This document shows, in pieces, positions 23,901 to 35,714 of a stretch of DNA of 44,864 bases (position 1 is its first letter; each line of letters opens with the position of its first letter). This DNA comes from Perkinsus olseni (Eukaryota): assembly GCA_013115125.1 (NCBI GenBank), contig JABANN010000268.1, forward strand, positions 1 through 44,864, read 5' to 3'. The notes under the pieces were generated by a model, which worked only from the letters and a program-made list of their open reading frames with translations, had not been told where the DNA came from and searched no databases. Made by a program: the position numbers and the translations under genes.

Positions 23901-25275
23901 GATGTCTCCGTAACTTAAAAGCTAGTGGCAAGGATGTTGGTCCTACACTGCTGGGGGAAGTTGGGATACCGTGGTGCGGCGACTATGGTAAGCTGGGACG
24001 GCTCCGAAGGTTGCTCACGGATGCTTGTTCACTACGATTTATCTCGAGTTCGGGCGGCCTGCTGTCTGGGCAGAGGCTGCGTGTTTGCTGGATGTTACGA
24101 TTGGTATCAGGTTCCACTGATAGAGCCATGAACGACACAATGGAGGCTGTTGAGAGTAGCAATCTGCAAGCAGTGACTGTGTGGAACTACGTCCCTTCCA
24201 ACACTAAGGAGATGAAGGTAATTGTGATAGTGGGACTAGCCTGTAGACTTTTTCCTGCATATCACGTGCTTAGTACAAGCAGGTTGAGGGTTCTTGATCG
24301 AGTGGCGTCGTTTGGGACACTTGAGCTCTGCTTGATCGGTGCTGTATTGCCGCGTGCCATTGTAGCTTGTCTGGTCGCATGGTTCCGGTAGGGTACCCCC
24401 GAGGCTTGTCATAGTAAGGGTCAGCTCACCCTGAATCCGAGCTGACGTACTGTCACCCGAAGGAGTGATGTCCTTTGAGACACTGTAGCTCCGCGTGAGA
24501 GAAACTGTATTGCCGCGTAACATTCTCAGTGTGTTTTCCGTCGCACAGGATCGGACATGTTGATAACAATGCTTCCCTTGGCAGGATGGCTGGAACAAGG
24601 AAGACCTTTCCATCTTTACCAGCGAGCCCAATCCTCGTTGCGACAGCAACGGCGGCCCTCATCTCAGAATGCCCTCAGTCGTCCGCCCGTATGCCTTCAA
24701 GTAGGAGACGATGTTCGCCGCTCTTATTGTCCGTCACCTGATGACTGTTAGGTTGGCAGGCAAGCTCGTGTCGGCACGCTTCGACGGCCTTCATGATGAC
24801 AAGTGTTTCATCATGCGATTCGAGCAGGACCCGACCGCCAGTAGTAGCGGGGTCCACTAGGTGACGTCCATTCACACGACCTTTCCTCAGAGACCAACAG
24901 ATCGGAGATCTTCGTCCCGCTAGGAGTACATTATCCCAGAGGAATTGATATTGAGGTGGGCAGGAAGAGGTGAAGGAGCGGTATCATAACACGTCGCTTG
25001 TTGTAGGTGTCTGATGGCAGCTACGAGCTGGATAAGGTGAGGCAGACTCTGACCTTCAGTCATGACCCTCAGGTAGGCCTTCGACCACTGAACGGGCTCT
25101 GCCGGATATACCAACGGAGATGTCCTGTTGTTATTGTAGTGACGGCGAGTATCCTCAGATCCTGTCCCACTGGCTATGCATTCGTCATAGACCATGCATG
25201 AACAATGCCCCTTCAAGTCGTATGCCGGCATCTAAACTCTTCGCATCCTCTCCTCTACTGGAAGCTCGGGCCTAA
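20976..25275 (+). CDS. GH5 endoglycoceramidase-related protein (EGCase/EGCrP-like), copy 1, with hydrophobic N-terminal extension
   Basis: FRDSAGRRVHLRGINVGGMSK, FVGRPF, LIDPHQD, GGDGAPRW, acid/base motif GFETLNEP, nucleophile motif LLGEVGIPW, VWNY, DGWNKEDLSI, AVRPY. First and last exons tentative. Confidence 0.88.
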
Positions 25276-25576
25276 TGACGGCTCGAGCACCTCAAGTTGT
25301 CTCAAGCATTGTCCCCGTCAGGGCCACCTGCGGGACAGTGTCGTCTTGAGTTCACCATCATCAGGAACCGACATTCCTAAAAGTTGGTTCGTCGGCCTGC
25401 TGCTTGCCTTGGGCAGGGACCCTATTTTAGGCAGCTATATGGTTCATCTATATATTCTCTCGTTTGTTGCAGTTTGTTTGGCTCACCCTTCGGATGAGCC
25501 CCCCTTCTGTTGCTCACCAATTTATTCTACTGGCATTTGTCTCGCTCTTTAGCACTCTTGCGACCCTCTAGCGCCC

Positions 25577-28500
25577 ATGCCACTCTGGCAAAGGCAAGAG
25601 GGACGTTCAGTGGGTGCTTGCTATACCATTCCTACCATCATTTGGATTTACATCTGTTGTGTGCCTAGGGTATGCTGTTAGCCTAGCTGCTACACTAGCA
25701 TTTCACAGGTTCAACCCGTAGTAGTAGTAGAAGTACTGTTCTTAAGGTGTGCTTGCAGAGCCTGCTGTTATGCGTTATTGGGTTACAGGGTTAATGGCGT
25801 TGGCTGCTTGGAATAAGACTAGTAGGCGCTCAACCGGGTCCTCGTGTCATGAAGAGGAGAGGACTCGGCCGATTGCGGACTTGACGATGAGCGTGGGGAT
25901 TGAGTTAATATGCGGTCATGGTAGCGTCGTTTCCGTGGCCCTACTGTAACATGTCTGGAACATGAAGGTGGTACTAAGGCTTTCCACAGTGTCTGTCGTT
26001 CTCGGCAGTACGAGGTACTTCCTTTGAAGTTCATTTTTCTCATATTTGTCTTTAAATGCCGTGGTTCACACACGTACCACACCAAGTTTTCCGATTTACT
26101 GCCAAGCTTTATGCTGAAGAGCTGGTGGCGATGCTGCTGGGCACCTCGATGGTCATCTGGCTGCCCTTACTAGAATACGTAGGCCTCTTCGAACTCAAGG
26201 CGACGTCATAGCTGATCCAGAAGGCTTTGATGGATCTACAATGGCGTCTACTACCCATTCTAAGTCGCATCTCTCGTCTGCGGCAGCTGTTGCTGTCTAA
26301 TCAGCAGGCCGGATTTTTCCTGCTCAGTTGCTTCGAGGCACCGGAATTTTTTCATGGCTATTCGTCGGCAGTATTGGCTCACTTGGATGCATAGTTTTGT
26401 TCGAGATGTAATACTACAGCGGCTGTGATGCGCTGGGGAGACGCTGGCTCTTCTACACTGTCAGGGCGGTTGTTCGGAACCCTCGATTCATGCTCAAGCC
26501 GAAGCATGATTGTCCGAATATTTTGGAGCCGACCGACTATAAGAAGTGCGCGGAGGGAGCGCTGCCGGGGTGACTGGGACGTTTCCTTCAGGTTCGGCGC
26601 GCCCCGGCAAGTCGAGAGGGATGTTATTATACAGGGAACGCAATTCCGGGACTCCAAGGGCCGCAGGGTCCACTTGAGAGGAATTAACGTTGGGGGGATG
26701 TCGAAGATTCCTTATGGTGATAAAGCCACGGCTGCCAACCGTTACGCTACTTTCCCGCTTTTCTTTCTCACACTATGATTTATTTTAGGGACTTCCACCG
26801 ACGAACCGTCGGTACCGTATGGCGAGGGGGTTACCTTTGTGGGGAGGCCTTTCCCAATAGCCGAGGCTGACGTTCACCTAGCCCGACTACGCGCCTGGGG
26901 ACTCACATTCGTAAGTGTCTAGGTCTGGCAGTATGTGTATCGTGAGTGGTAGTTGCGCATGATTGTCACTTGGGAAGCGCTGGAGCCCCACAGGCCAGGA
27001 CAATACGACAGGGAGTACATCGGCTACATTGTGCAGATAGTGAAGAAGTGTCGAGAGTAATAGGGCGGGTGTGGGCAGGTCGGCGCCGTGACGGTCGCGT
27101 ACTGGGAATCCGGGTATCACGGGCTGGTCACTGATATGTCTAGTACTCGCTCCATTATGCCGTGGATCGACGGCATTACACGTAGTCGTAGCTCGGTCTG
27201 ATCACCCTGACTAGTGGAGATGCTAGTGTGCAGTTAGCTCCATGTGTAGCTTGAGTCTGGTGTGTGGAATGATGTGTGGTTCGTGCGTCTACGTGGGGCT
27301 GTTATGGCGTGGCCTTCAGGTACGGCATCAGCGTCGTGATGGATCCTCATCAAGACGTAGGTCCCCACGAGACATGAGAATCCTTTATGTTGTCAGCAGG
27401 CGTGGTGTCGCTGGACTGGTGGAGATGGTGCGCCCCGATGGACTCTAGAGAAGCTAGGCTTGAACCCTGATGCGCTATCCGAGGCTGGCGTGGCGATGCT
27501 GCATCAGGCCAACTTGGCAGATGATGAGGATGAGGACCCAAGGAGGTAGTAGGACGGGTATTGGGTCTCCGCCCTTCGCCTAGGAGGAATCGATTTGTTA
27601 GTGGGTTTGATGTTCCCTTCCTTGGGATAGATTTTATCCGCATATGGTTTGGCCGACGAACAACTTTATGTACCCAGCTGCTACCATGTGGGCTATCTTC
27701 TTCGCTGGCGAGGATTACGCTCCGAAGACTAAGATTGGTGAGTATCTTTGTCTTGAGCGGGGAAGATACGGTATAGGTTGGTATAGGTAATGTTTCACAG
27801 GTGATGAGAACGCTGGTGCATACCTCCGTCGTCATTACTACGGTGCTGTTAGCGCCCTGGCGGAGGCACTGAAGGATGAACCCAATGTGTTGGGCTTTGA
27901 GACCATGAATGAGCCCAACATGGGATGGATCGGTCGAGAACTAGGCTTGGATAAGTAGACAGTGCGTAGGTGAGTATTGCTGAGTTTCAGTTTTTCGCTG
28001 AGTAGGTACGATTCTTCTCAGCCACTGGGCTATCTAGCAAGTCCGTGGGAAAGCATGCAGCTCGCTAACGGCAACTCTGTAGCTGTAGCTAAATACGGAG
28101 AGGCTTACAAATACCTCGGACACTATGTAGTAGTTGGTTCCATTAGTCACCGGATGCTGCGATCAGCGACGAGTTTCGAGAGGCCCCTCGTTTTCATCAG
28201 GCACTGAACGAGAACCATACTAAAGTGTTCTTGCCGGGGTACAGGGATCCGTGGTATGATAACGGCGTCTGGGATTATGATGCCAATGGGAAGATGCGCC
28301 TATTGAAGAAGAGATATTTCGACTTGAAGACTAAAGAAGATTTTCAAAGTAGTGGCTCTCCTACATATCTGGCGAACGCTCAAGCGATCTTTAGCTCGAT
28401 ACATGCGCCCGTTCTGGAAGGGCGTGACTGAGGCTGTGAGGGCGAAGATTCCGGACGCCATCATTCTCATGGGTGAGGATTTGCCGCATTGAGCGCTAGG

Positions 28501-30128
28501 GTTGGTCGTGGAGACGGAATGCTCCAAAGGTCCTGCACTCGATATGGAGAAACCGAGGCTGCATGTGGCGTCCGCGGATGACGCTCCTTCGGATAATCGT
28601 CTGGTGTGGGCACCGCACTGGTGAGAACAGTTTTGGGCATACGGCGCGGCAGATCGCTCGGGTGCTCAGGTATGATGGGCTTACTTTTCAATTTTGCGTC
28701 TACCGCACATGGGCGGCCATGAGAGTCTCGGAAGAGGGAATGAGCGTGAGCCATGAGGTCCCGGGTTCAAATCCTGGTGATGGTATTTTGGCAGCTTGCC
28801 CTGGGCCCGGATGTCGCAGAAGGCGTTCATGAGGAGTCCCTTAAGAGGGTGGCCGGCAGCGGTGACGCGGTTGGTCCAACTTTACTCGGGGAGTCGGGCG
28901 TGCACTGGTGTGGGGGTTACGGTAAGGGCTGAGAGTTTGTGGACGGTCTACTGTTTCTATGCAGCTATCACTGACATGGCTCTGAATGACAGCATGTGCG
29001 CTATTGAAAATAGCCTCGTACCAGCGGTGACTATATGGAACTATGCACCTAATAACAATGAGAAGGAACAGGTGAGTATGATGGTGGACAATGACGATGC
29101 GTCTTCGTGACGCAGGGCTGGAAATTGTTTTTTGTGTGGGTGTGTAGCTCAGTGGTAGAGCGGCTGACTGCAGATCAGCAGGTCCTCGGTTCAAATCCGG
29201 GCGCGCCCTCTTTTTTCCAGCTGTTTCACACTGCAGTTTGAGCGACTGGATTCTGTTATCCTCCAGGATGGCTGGAACAAGGAAGATCTTTCGATCTTTA
29301 CTAGCGAGCCTAATCCTCGACCTGACAGCAACGGCGGCCCTCACCTCCGAATGCCATCCTCGGTCAGGCCGTACCCTTTCAAGTATTACGGTGACTGCTC
29401 TTCGTTTCACTGCGTGTTTGTTTCACCTCATTCGCACGCCGTGTTTTGCGTGCATGGATCCGCTCTGCTGCCATTCTTCCAGGTTGGCGGGTAAACCAGT
29501 AGAAGTACACTTCAACGGCTTGAGCAACGACAAGTCCTTCATTTTGCGATTCGAGATGGATCCGAAATGCAGTAGGAAACTGAGATCAACTAATGTCGTC
29601 CGACTCTCCGTTTTCAGCGACTAGTGTGTCGGAGATTTTTGTACCTCTGTGCATCCACTATCCGAACGGAATAGAAGTCAAGGTCAGTCACCTCCTTATC
29701 GGTGAGCTTGAGTGCGACACGTCAGGTTTCTGATGGGAGCTGGGAGCTAGACGCCGCGAATCAGACTTTGTTTTATATACATAATCCAGATGTAGTGCGG
29801 GGGCAGGGCTCTCGGAGTGATTGACATGCAGTCGTCGTTTACTGTCAGTTTACTACACACACGTTGCGTGTGTCTCGCGCGTCGACAGCACCATCCCGTA
29901 CTGAGGTAGGGATCAGTCGGGCAACGATGACGAATGGAAAGAAATAGAAAGATGGCAGCGAGTCTACATGCCCATTGGGGCCGCCCTGGCCTGCCTTCTC
30001 TGGTACTTTTGTATGTGATATGCTTCAACATTCTCTGCGGCACAGGCTCAGTATTCCGAAATTGTCGCTGTTTAGGGAGCGTCTCCCTCATTCTCCAGTA
30101 CGCTGACGGAGGTTGCGTTTTTCAATAA
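25577..30128 (+). CDS. GH5 endoglycoceramidase-related protein, copy 2, probable C-terminal CaaX (CVFQ)
   Basis: FRDSKGRRVHLRGINVGGMSK, MDPHQD, GGDGAPRW, GFETMNEP, LLGESGVHW, IWNY, DGWNKEDLSI, RPYP. Last exon YADGGCVFQ* joins in phase to ..SRTE. Ends tentative. Confidence 0.88.
28750..28785 (+). pseudogene. Collapsed tRNA relic (acceptor strands, variable loop and T arm; D and anticodon arms missing) filling intron 28746-28794
   Basis: GCCAT-GAGGTC-CCGGG-TTCAAAT-CCTGG-TGATGGT-A-TTTT: intact B box, paired T stem, GCCAT pairs with ATGGT, followed by an oligo-T. Confidence 0.75.
29138..29209 (+). tRNA. trnC-GCA: tRNA-Cys(GCA), sense within GH5 copy 2 intron 29072-29266
   Basis: Acceptor GGGTGTG/CGCGCCC, D arm GCTC/GAGC, anticodon arm GCTGA-CTGCAGA-TCAGC, T arm CTCGG-TTCAAAT-CCGGG, T73, TTTTTT at 29211-29216. 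Confidence 0.97.
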
Positions 30129-30327
30129 AGTTCATCATGGTCGGGTATGCGGTCGACGCTACTCATATGCTCAGTCGCATAGTCCGCGATGAGTCGACAG
30201 TCGACCTAAGCGGGCCGGATAGGAGCTCGTCCGACTAAATGGGTGCATCAGCTGGATGGGCTACAGCTCGTGAAGCCTCAGTTTGTCTGCGCTATTCATC
30301 TTGCCTACGCTGCCCTCTCCCTGCGCC

Positions 30328-33300
30328 ATGGGCACGCAGATTCGGACGACATTAGATCCGAATTTCCAGGAAGAGTTGGACGGGTCTCCACTCGCGCCCG
30401 ATGATATCAGCAGAGCCGTAGCGATGTTCGTGGAGGAACGTGTAGCGACGGGTATATCTCATTTCTGAGGGGGGCCATTGAAAGGCCTTGTGGGGATTTT
30501 CGAGGGTCGATGATGTTAATCAGGTGTTTACGTTGCAGCAGCTCGGCCAGTTACCTGAGAAGGAATTCGACGGACTGATGAATGAGCAGCAGCCTAGGCT
30601 TCAACGCGGGATAAAAGTGGTGTTGAAGGACTTGTGGTCTAGTTGGCACAAATGGGTAATCGCTTGGCCCTCCATCGGGATGGGTTGTGAACATGTGGGC
30701 GCCGTTGGTAGGCCGAGCAGAAGAAGAAGGAAGAGGAGCTGGCGCAGAAGGAGCGGATAAGGGAGGTCCGATGTTTCGGCGTTCGACGCGTATTGACTCG
30801 ATACCATCGTGCATTCAGGAGGAGAAGCTGAAGAGACTGAAAGAGAAAGAGGAAATGAAGGTGGCTGGGGATCTGCTGCGCGGTATTCTTGGAGCGGTGG
30901 ATTGCCAGTTACAAGCCGCGGACATGAAACGACGGATGCAGGAGGAAGCGCGGCAACAGAAGCAGCAAGTACTGTGGCATAGATGGCTGGTTGCGGGGAG
31001 GTTTTCGTGGTGGTAGGAGCGAGAGAGACAGAAGGAGCAGGAACGGTTGGCCAGAGAGAAGGCCAGGGAGGAAGAGAAGTTAGCTCGGCAAGCCGCTAAA
31101 GAGAAGGCGAAGGAAGAGGAGAGACTTCGGAGAGGAGTATGGGATGGTGTTGGGCTTTAAGGCAAGTAGTAGTGGGCTTGGTCTTCAGGAGGAGAAAGCG
31201 CGAAAGCAGAAGGAAAGGGCAAGCTCTGCTAAGGTGGGCGGGACAGTCTCTGGAGGAGTGTGTGATTCTCTGACTGTTGTTGTGTGACTGTTACGGGAGT
31301 CAATGGTGCGAGTTGGTCCATGTGTGCCCTCAGGGACCGGGAAGGAACTCCTCAGCGGCCTCGGCAGGTCGACGGCAGAGTTTCGTAAGGGCGATGCGTC
31401 ATATGCCCAATGGTCGAAGCTCGATGGTAGATATCTTCCTACTTGATCACGGCCAATGGACAGAACGGGGCAGCATCCCCTGGGAAGGCATCGAACCCAC
31501 CGGAGAAGGGTAGGGCAGGAGTGGCATGTGCGCTTTGGAAACTGTCGCTGTGGCTGACGATGTGGATAGGGCCGTGGCGCCTTGGACTGCTGCGGCTCTC
31601 ACTCTCAGAGAAAGTTGTGGGATCTGCTGTGCCGAACTTGGAGGGGTGGCGGGACTACTGGCGGAAGACGAGGAGGAAATTCACCCATGCACAGTTGAAG
31701 GAGTGGGGTGAGTCTCGCGAGGACAGGGCTGACGGATGGTTGCGGCAATGAGGAGGAATTGCACCATGGCTGCATCGGTGGAGTATGGCTTCCTTGTGGT
31801 AGATGCTCGTCGGTTCGTGTCGAGCAAAAAGAATGGGGAGACTCCTGATGGTTCACAGAGCAGCGCGGCCTCCGAAGACCGCCGGGACTTGGTTCCCCCG
31901 TCGGAGCTCGATACGAAGGGTGTAACCACGGCCGTGTATGCCTTCGGTAAGGTCTGGTTTGGCGCTGATGCTTGGAAGGGGGGAGCCGAATCCCACGGAA
32001 CCAGCACAGTAGTTGGCTCTCCTTGAGTACCCGTCATTGACGATCATCGATCGCTCCCGGTTGGTCTTTACCTGTAGCTTCCGTACTTTCAGAAGCGGCT
32101 AAGCCGGCAGATTCCAGGCAACGGTATAGCGGACGGCGTAAGCCTCGCTGTGTCTTTGTGGATCTTGATGAGCGAGATCGGCCGCCGGTCCAACTGGTGA
32201 GCAGCAGGGAAGTCCATCACGGAGTAACGATGGAGCGTGGTCGGGTCGAGAGGCCCTTTCCTGCCAGCTGCACGGCCTATTGATCTTCTTTTAATTGGGA
32301 CGTGCTCAAGAATGATGGTTTTTCATCGCGGCTGGTGTGGCCTTGGTGGACCGTCCTTGTTTGTGCCCGTGAGGAATTCTGTTGGGGATATGATTATCAT
32401 GCCCCAATGATGAAGAATTGAAACTTCGACTTTGGTGTGATTGGGATGGATTCATCGGCTTCAGATCATCACTTGCGAGTCCAAGGCCGTGTCGGGGCGA
32501 AACCCATTGGGGAAGGACCCTGCTCTTGATTACGAGATCGACAGGTCAGTCGACTCTGATGGGCATGATAAATGAGAGGTAGTCTACTGTAGCGATGCCG
32601 AGTGGGCTGAGCAGGCAGAGGGGGAGGATCTGGGTGATGATGATGACGAGAGCGAAGACGATGAGACAGCGAGTGATGCTGATGTGAGCAGGCGGCTCAG
32701 TCGTGGTGGCGGCGCGGATGCTTTGGTCAGTCCTGTGTGGTCTCTGATGGCAAACTGAGTGCTGATGAGATGTCGGAGGACGAGGAGTGTGCTGCGGCGG
32801 AGAGGGAGCTGATCAAGAAGAAGAGCAAGAAGGTAAAGCAAATATGGAGAAGACTTCCCGTAGTGGCGGTCGCTGCTCATCGCGTTGCATCCTCCTCCGG
32901 GCCCTCCTTAGTCGGCGTGTCACGGGGTTCATAATTTTCTACCTCTTGATTGTATTATTGTCCCCTCAGCGTCGGTCGGCGGGTGTCTTGGCTACGGCCT
33001 GCATATCTCTGGCTGAGATAGACGCTGCGGAGTGGCCTCCTTCAAGCGGTGCCTCTGCGCTTCTCTCATCACTGCGGGAGACTGTCATCAACGACTTTAC
33101 CATCGACATTTTAGATCAAAGTGAGCGAGTTTGGCTCGCTGTCTCGGCCTTTCCAAAATGACCCGCAGATCTGATCGATGCCCCGGGTGAAGACGACCCG
33201 AAACCGACCGCGCAGTCAACTACTGCTGGCTCGCGAGGTCCCCAGCAAGGTGGTGCTTCGGGAGAGGGTCCAATGAAGTCTCCCTCTGGCAGCGATGCCG

Positions 33301-34493
33301 GACAGCCGAGCGACTCGGACGCGTGAGTCCACTTATTTTCGTGTCTGCTTTCATATTACTTTGGTAGGAACGGCGGAGCGAAGTCCCAGCAGCAGCGGAA
33401 GAAGGTGGTGTTGTACGAGTGACTGCCTCCTGGGAGATGCTGATGACTGTTAGGTGTGGAGCGACATCAAGCTGAGGAGGAAGCTTGCCAAATTCGTGCA
33501 TGCTAGTTCAATGGCATTGGGGAAGTTGAAGCAGGGCTTCGAAGAACAGTAAGATGCGGTGGTCGGGTCCGATATGGGGTAGGGCGGCGTTCGTCCAGGC
33601 ATCCCCAGTGCGCTGGTTGCGGTACTGCAGCGCAGATCAAACGGATTGCCAAATACGAACGGCGCGGCACTAACTCTTGCATGGCCTGGTGGGTGACGCA
33701 AGAAGCTATCAAAGAGGTGGGCTACTGGGTGTATCTTATGTCGATGCTGGTCTTTCGCAGTTGAAGCTTCAGCCCAAAACCATGGAGAATCTAGCGGAGA
33801 AGCGGAGCTGGTCACTCCATCGGGTAGGGGGAATTTTCGTGGATTGTCCACCTGCTGCCATGAAATTTTTTTTCAGAGTGTACCTCTCCAGCCTCGGAAG
33901 CGTCGCAAACCGGGGCCGCCGCCTCCGCCGACTAGCCGGGAGACGGCGAACTCCGGTAGTGGAGAAGGCGGAGGCGAATCAGGAGAAGGGGGTGGTAGTA
34001 GCAGCGATGGTGGTGGAGGTGAGGGTGCATCGGATGGACCTAAGCAAGGTGATTTTCCGGGGTTTTCTCAATCTGTCTGGTAGTGTAGTGGACAGGATAT
34101 AGTTATAGTGTATAGCTTCACTGTAAAATATAGCATGGACGCAGGCATAGTATTCTAAGACGTATAGTGGACTTAACTGGATATGCGGAGTTGCCGTTGA
34201 ATGGCGAGGGATAGGGAATAGTCAAATTGCCACATTGTTTCATATCGCATTCACGCAGATGCCAAGCGTATGCGGCGAATCACCGATTATTTTCCGGCGA
34301 AGTCCGCAACTCCTGGCCCGAAGGACACCCCGTTGGCTGCCTCCACGCCAGTTCCGGTGAGTTCAGACCAGAAAGCTGACGGCTGTATCTGATCGTGCTG
34401 CAGGACCCTGCTCCGCCGCCGGTTGACGATCCGCAGGAAGCAGCTCAGCCTCCAGCGGTGGAAGCGGACGTGCCTCCGGTGACGCCGCTGTGA
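30328..34493 (+). CDS. CHAF1A: Chromatin assembly factor 1 subunit A (p150/Cac1-like, multi-exon)
   Basis: Long K/E/R-rich coiled-coil exons, then the signature NPLGKDPALDYEIDSDAEWAEQAEGEDLGDDDDE and VSDGKLSADE. A late exon carries PIP-box-like MRRITDYF; TGA at 34491-34493. Confidence 0.8.
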
Positions 34494-34707
34494 TTCCCTA
34501 ATTGATTGGCTGGCTCTGCTGGAGAGGATTCCCGCCCTTCTCGAAGCAGCTGCTGGCCCGAACGTTTACACTACTGCCATCATCCTAATTGTACACATTT
34601 CTAACGTAGGATACTGCACTGACCAATGCATAACGAATTTCCAGTACCACATCTTTGGTTGTTTTCAATGAGGTTGGAGTGGCAATTCATAGGGGCTCAT
34701 TTCTGCG

Positions 34708-35469
34708 ATGAACCTTGCTGTGTTGATTGGCCAGGAGTTGACGAACCACGTGAGATTCCTCTGCCCTTACAGTGAGCTCGCTGTTGCTTTCCGCTAGAAA
34801 CATGCTCTGTGCTGAAGGTACTGACGAGGAGATCTGCGCAGCTCTTGAGGCGTGCAACGGCGACCCGAATGAGGCGGTCATGAAGCTCGCAGCTAGTCAA
34901 GCCTCTAAGAAGTACCCAGCATTAGGCCAGACGTAGGATTCTCGCAGAGTATTCGCCATCCGATGGGCCTCATTGGAGTAGCGAGCTCACTTGGTTCCAC
35001 AACGCAATGGTGTGGCGTCGAATTTCATCTGAAAGAAATTCTCCCCGCAGTGACTTGTGCGTGATGAATATTTATGAGTAAAATCTTAGGGTTGCCTGGT
35101 CAGGTTCATGCGAGCCCCCCGTGCAAGTGAGGTGAGGTTCGTTATTGTCTGGCCAGCTACAAGCGACGCCTGAATCGTCAGTACTTCTTCTCCGCTCAGG
35201 AACCTTGCTCAGCCGACGGCCTCCGTCTTGTGCATGTTGTGTGCGGTAACTGTACTTACGTCTTTACTACAGCCGTCTCGGGCAGAGGTGAGGAGACTAG
35301 CAGTTGGCGCGTCGAACTGCTCATTCTCACAGTCGTGCCACCAATAACCACACGGTACGTTTATGATCATGAGCTTCTTGTTATTTCAGCTGATCGGCAA
35401 GCCACTGGTTGTCTGGACTGTCCCTACTGCGAGAGTCCGCAGAGATTCGTGGTCCCCGGCATTCGATGA
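34708..35469 (+). CDS. Small protein with UBA-like helical region and CxxC..CxxC zinc ribbon (multi-exon)
   Basis: Exons EICAALEACNGDPNEAVMKL (UBA-like), VVCGNCTYVF and LDCPYCESPQRF. Confidence 0.55.
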
Positions 35470-35714
35470 TTATTCGCAGCCCAGTCTTGATGTGGCGAAA
35501 CTGAACACACTCGAAGGGCTTCAGCCCGGCAACGCACGCTGTCTGCATGTTACTTGCACTAGCGCGTCGCGGTGTTTTCCAATACTAGTAGTATTGGAAA
35601 ACACCGTGACTAGTAGTATTATACTACTACGTGGACGTCTGACCCCACTAGCGCTTGATGGTTCTACTTGATACTTCAAGCTTTTTGAATAAGCATTCTT
35701 TATTTAATCCCCGC

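Noticed and set aside
24342-24355. ATTGCCGCG complementary to SSU rRNA CGCGGUAAU
   Set aside because: No C/D boxes in register and no uridine at the H/ACA pocket position.
28750-28785. Split or permuted tRNA interpretation of the tRNA relic
   Set aside because: No matching 5' half (acceptor plus D arm) was found in the window; internal deletion is simpler.
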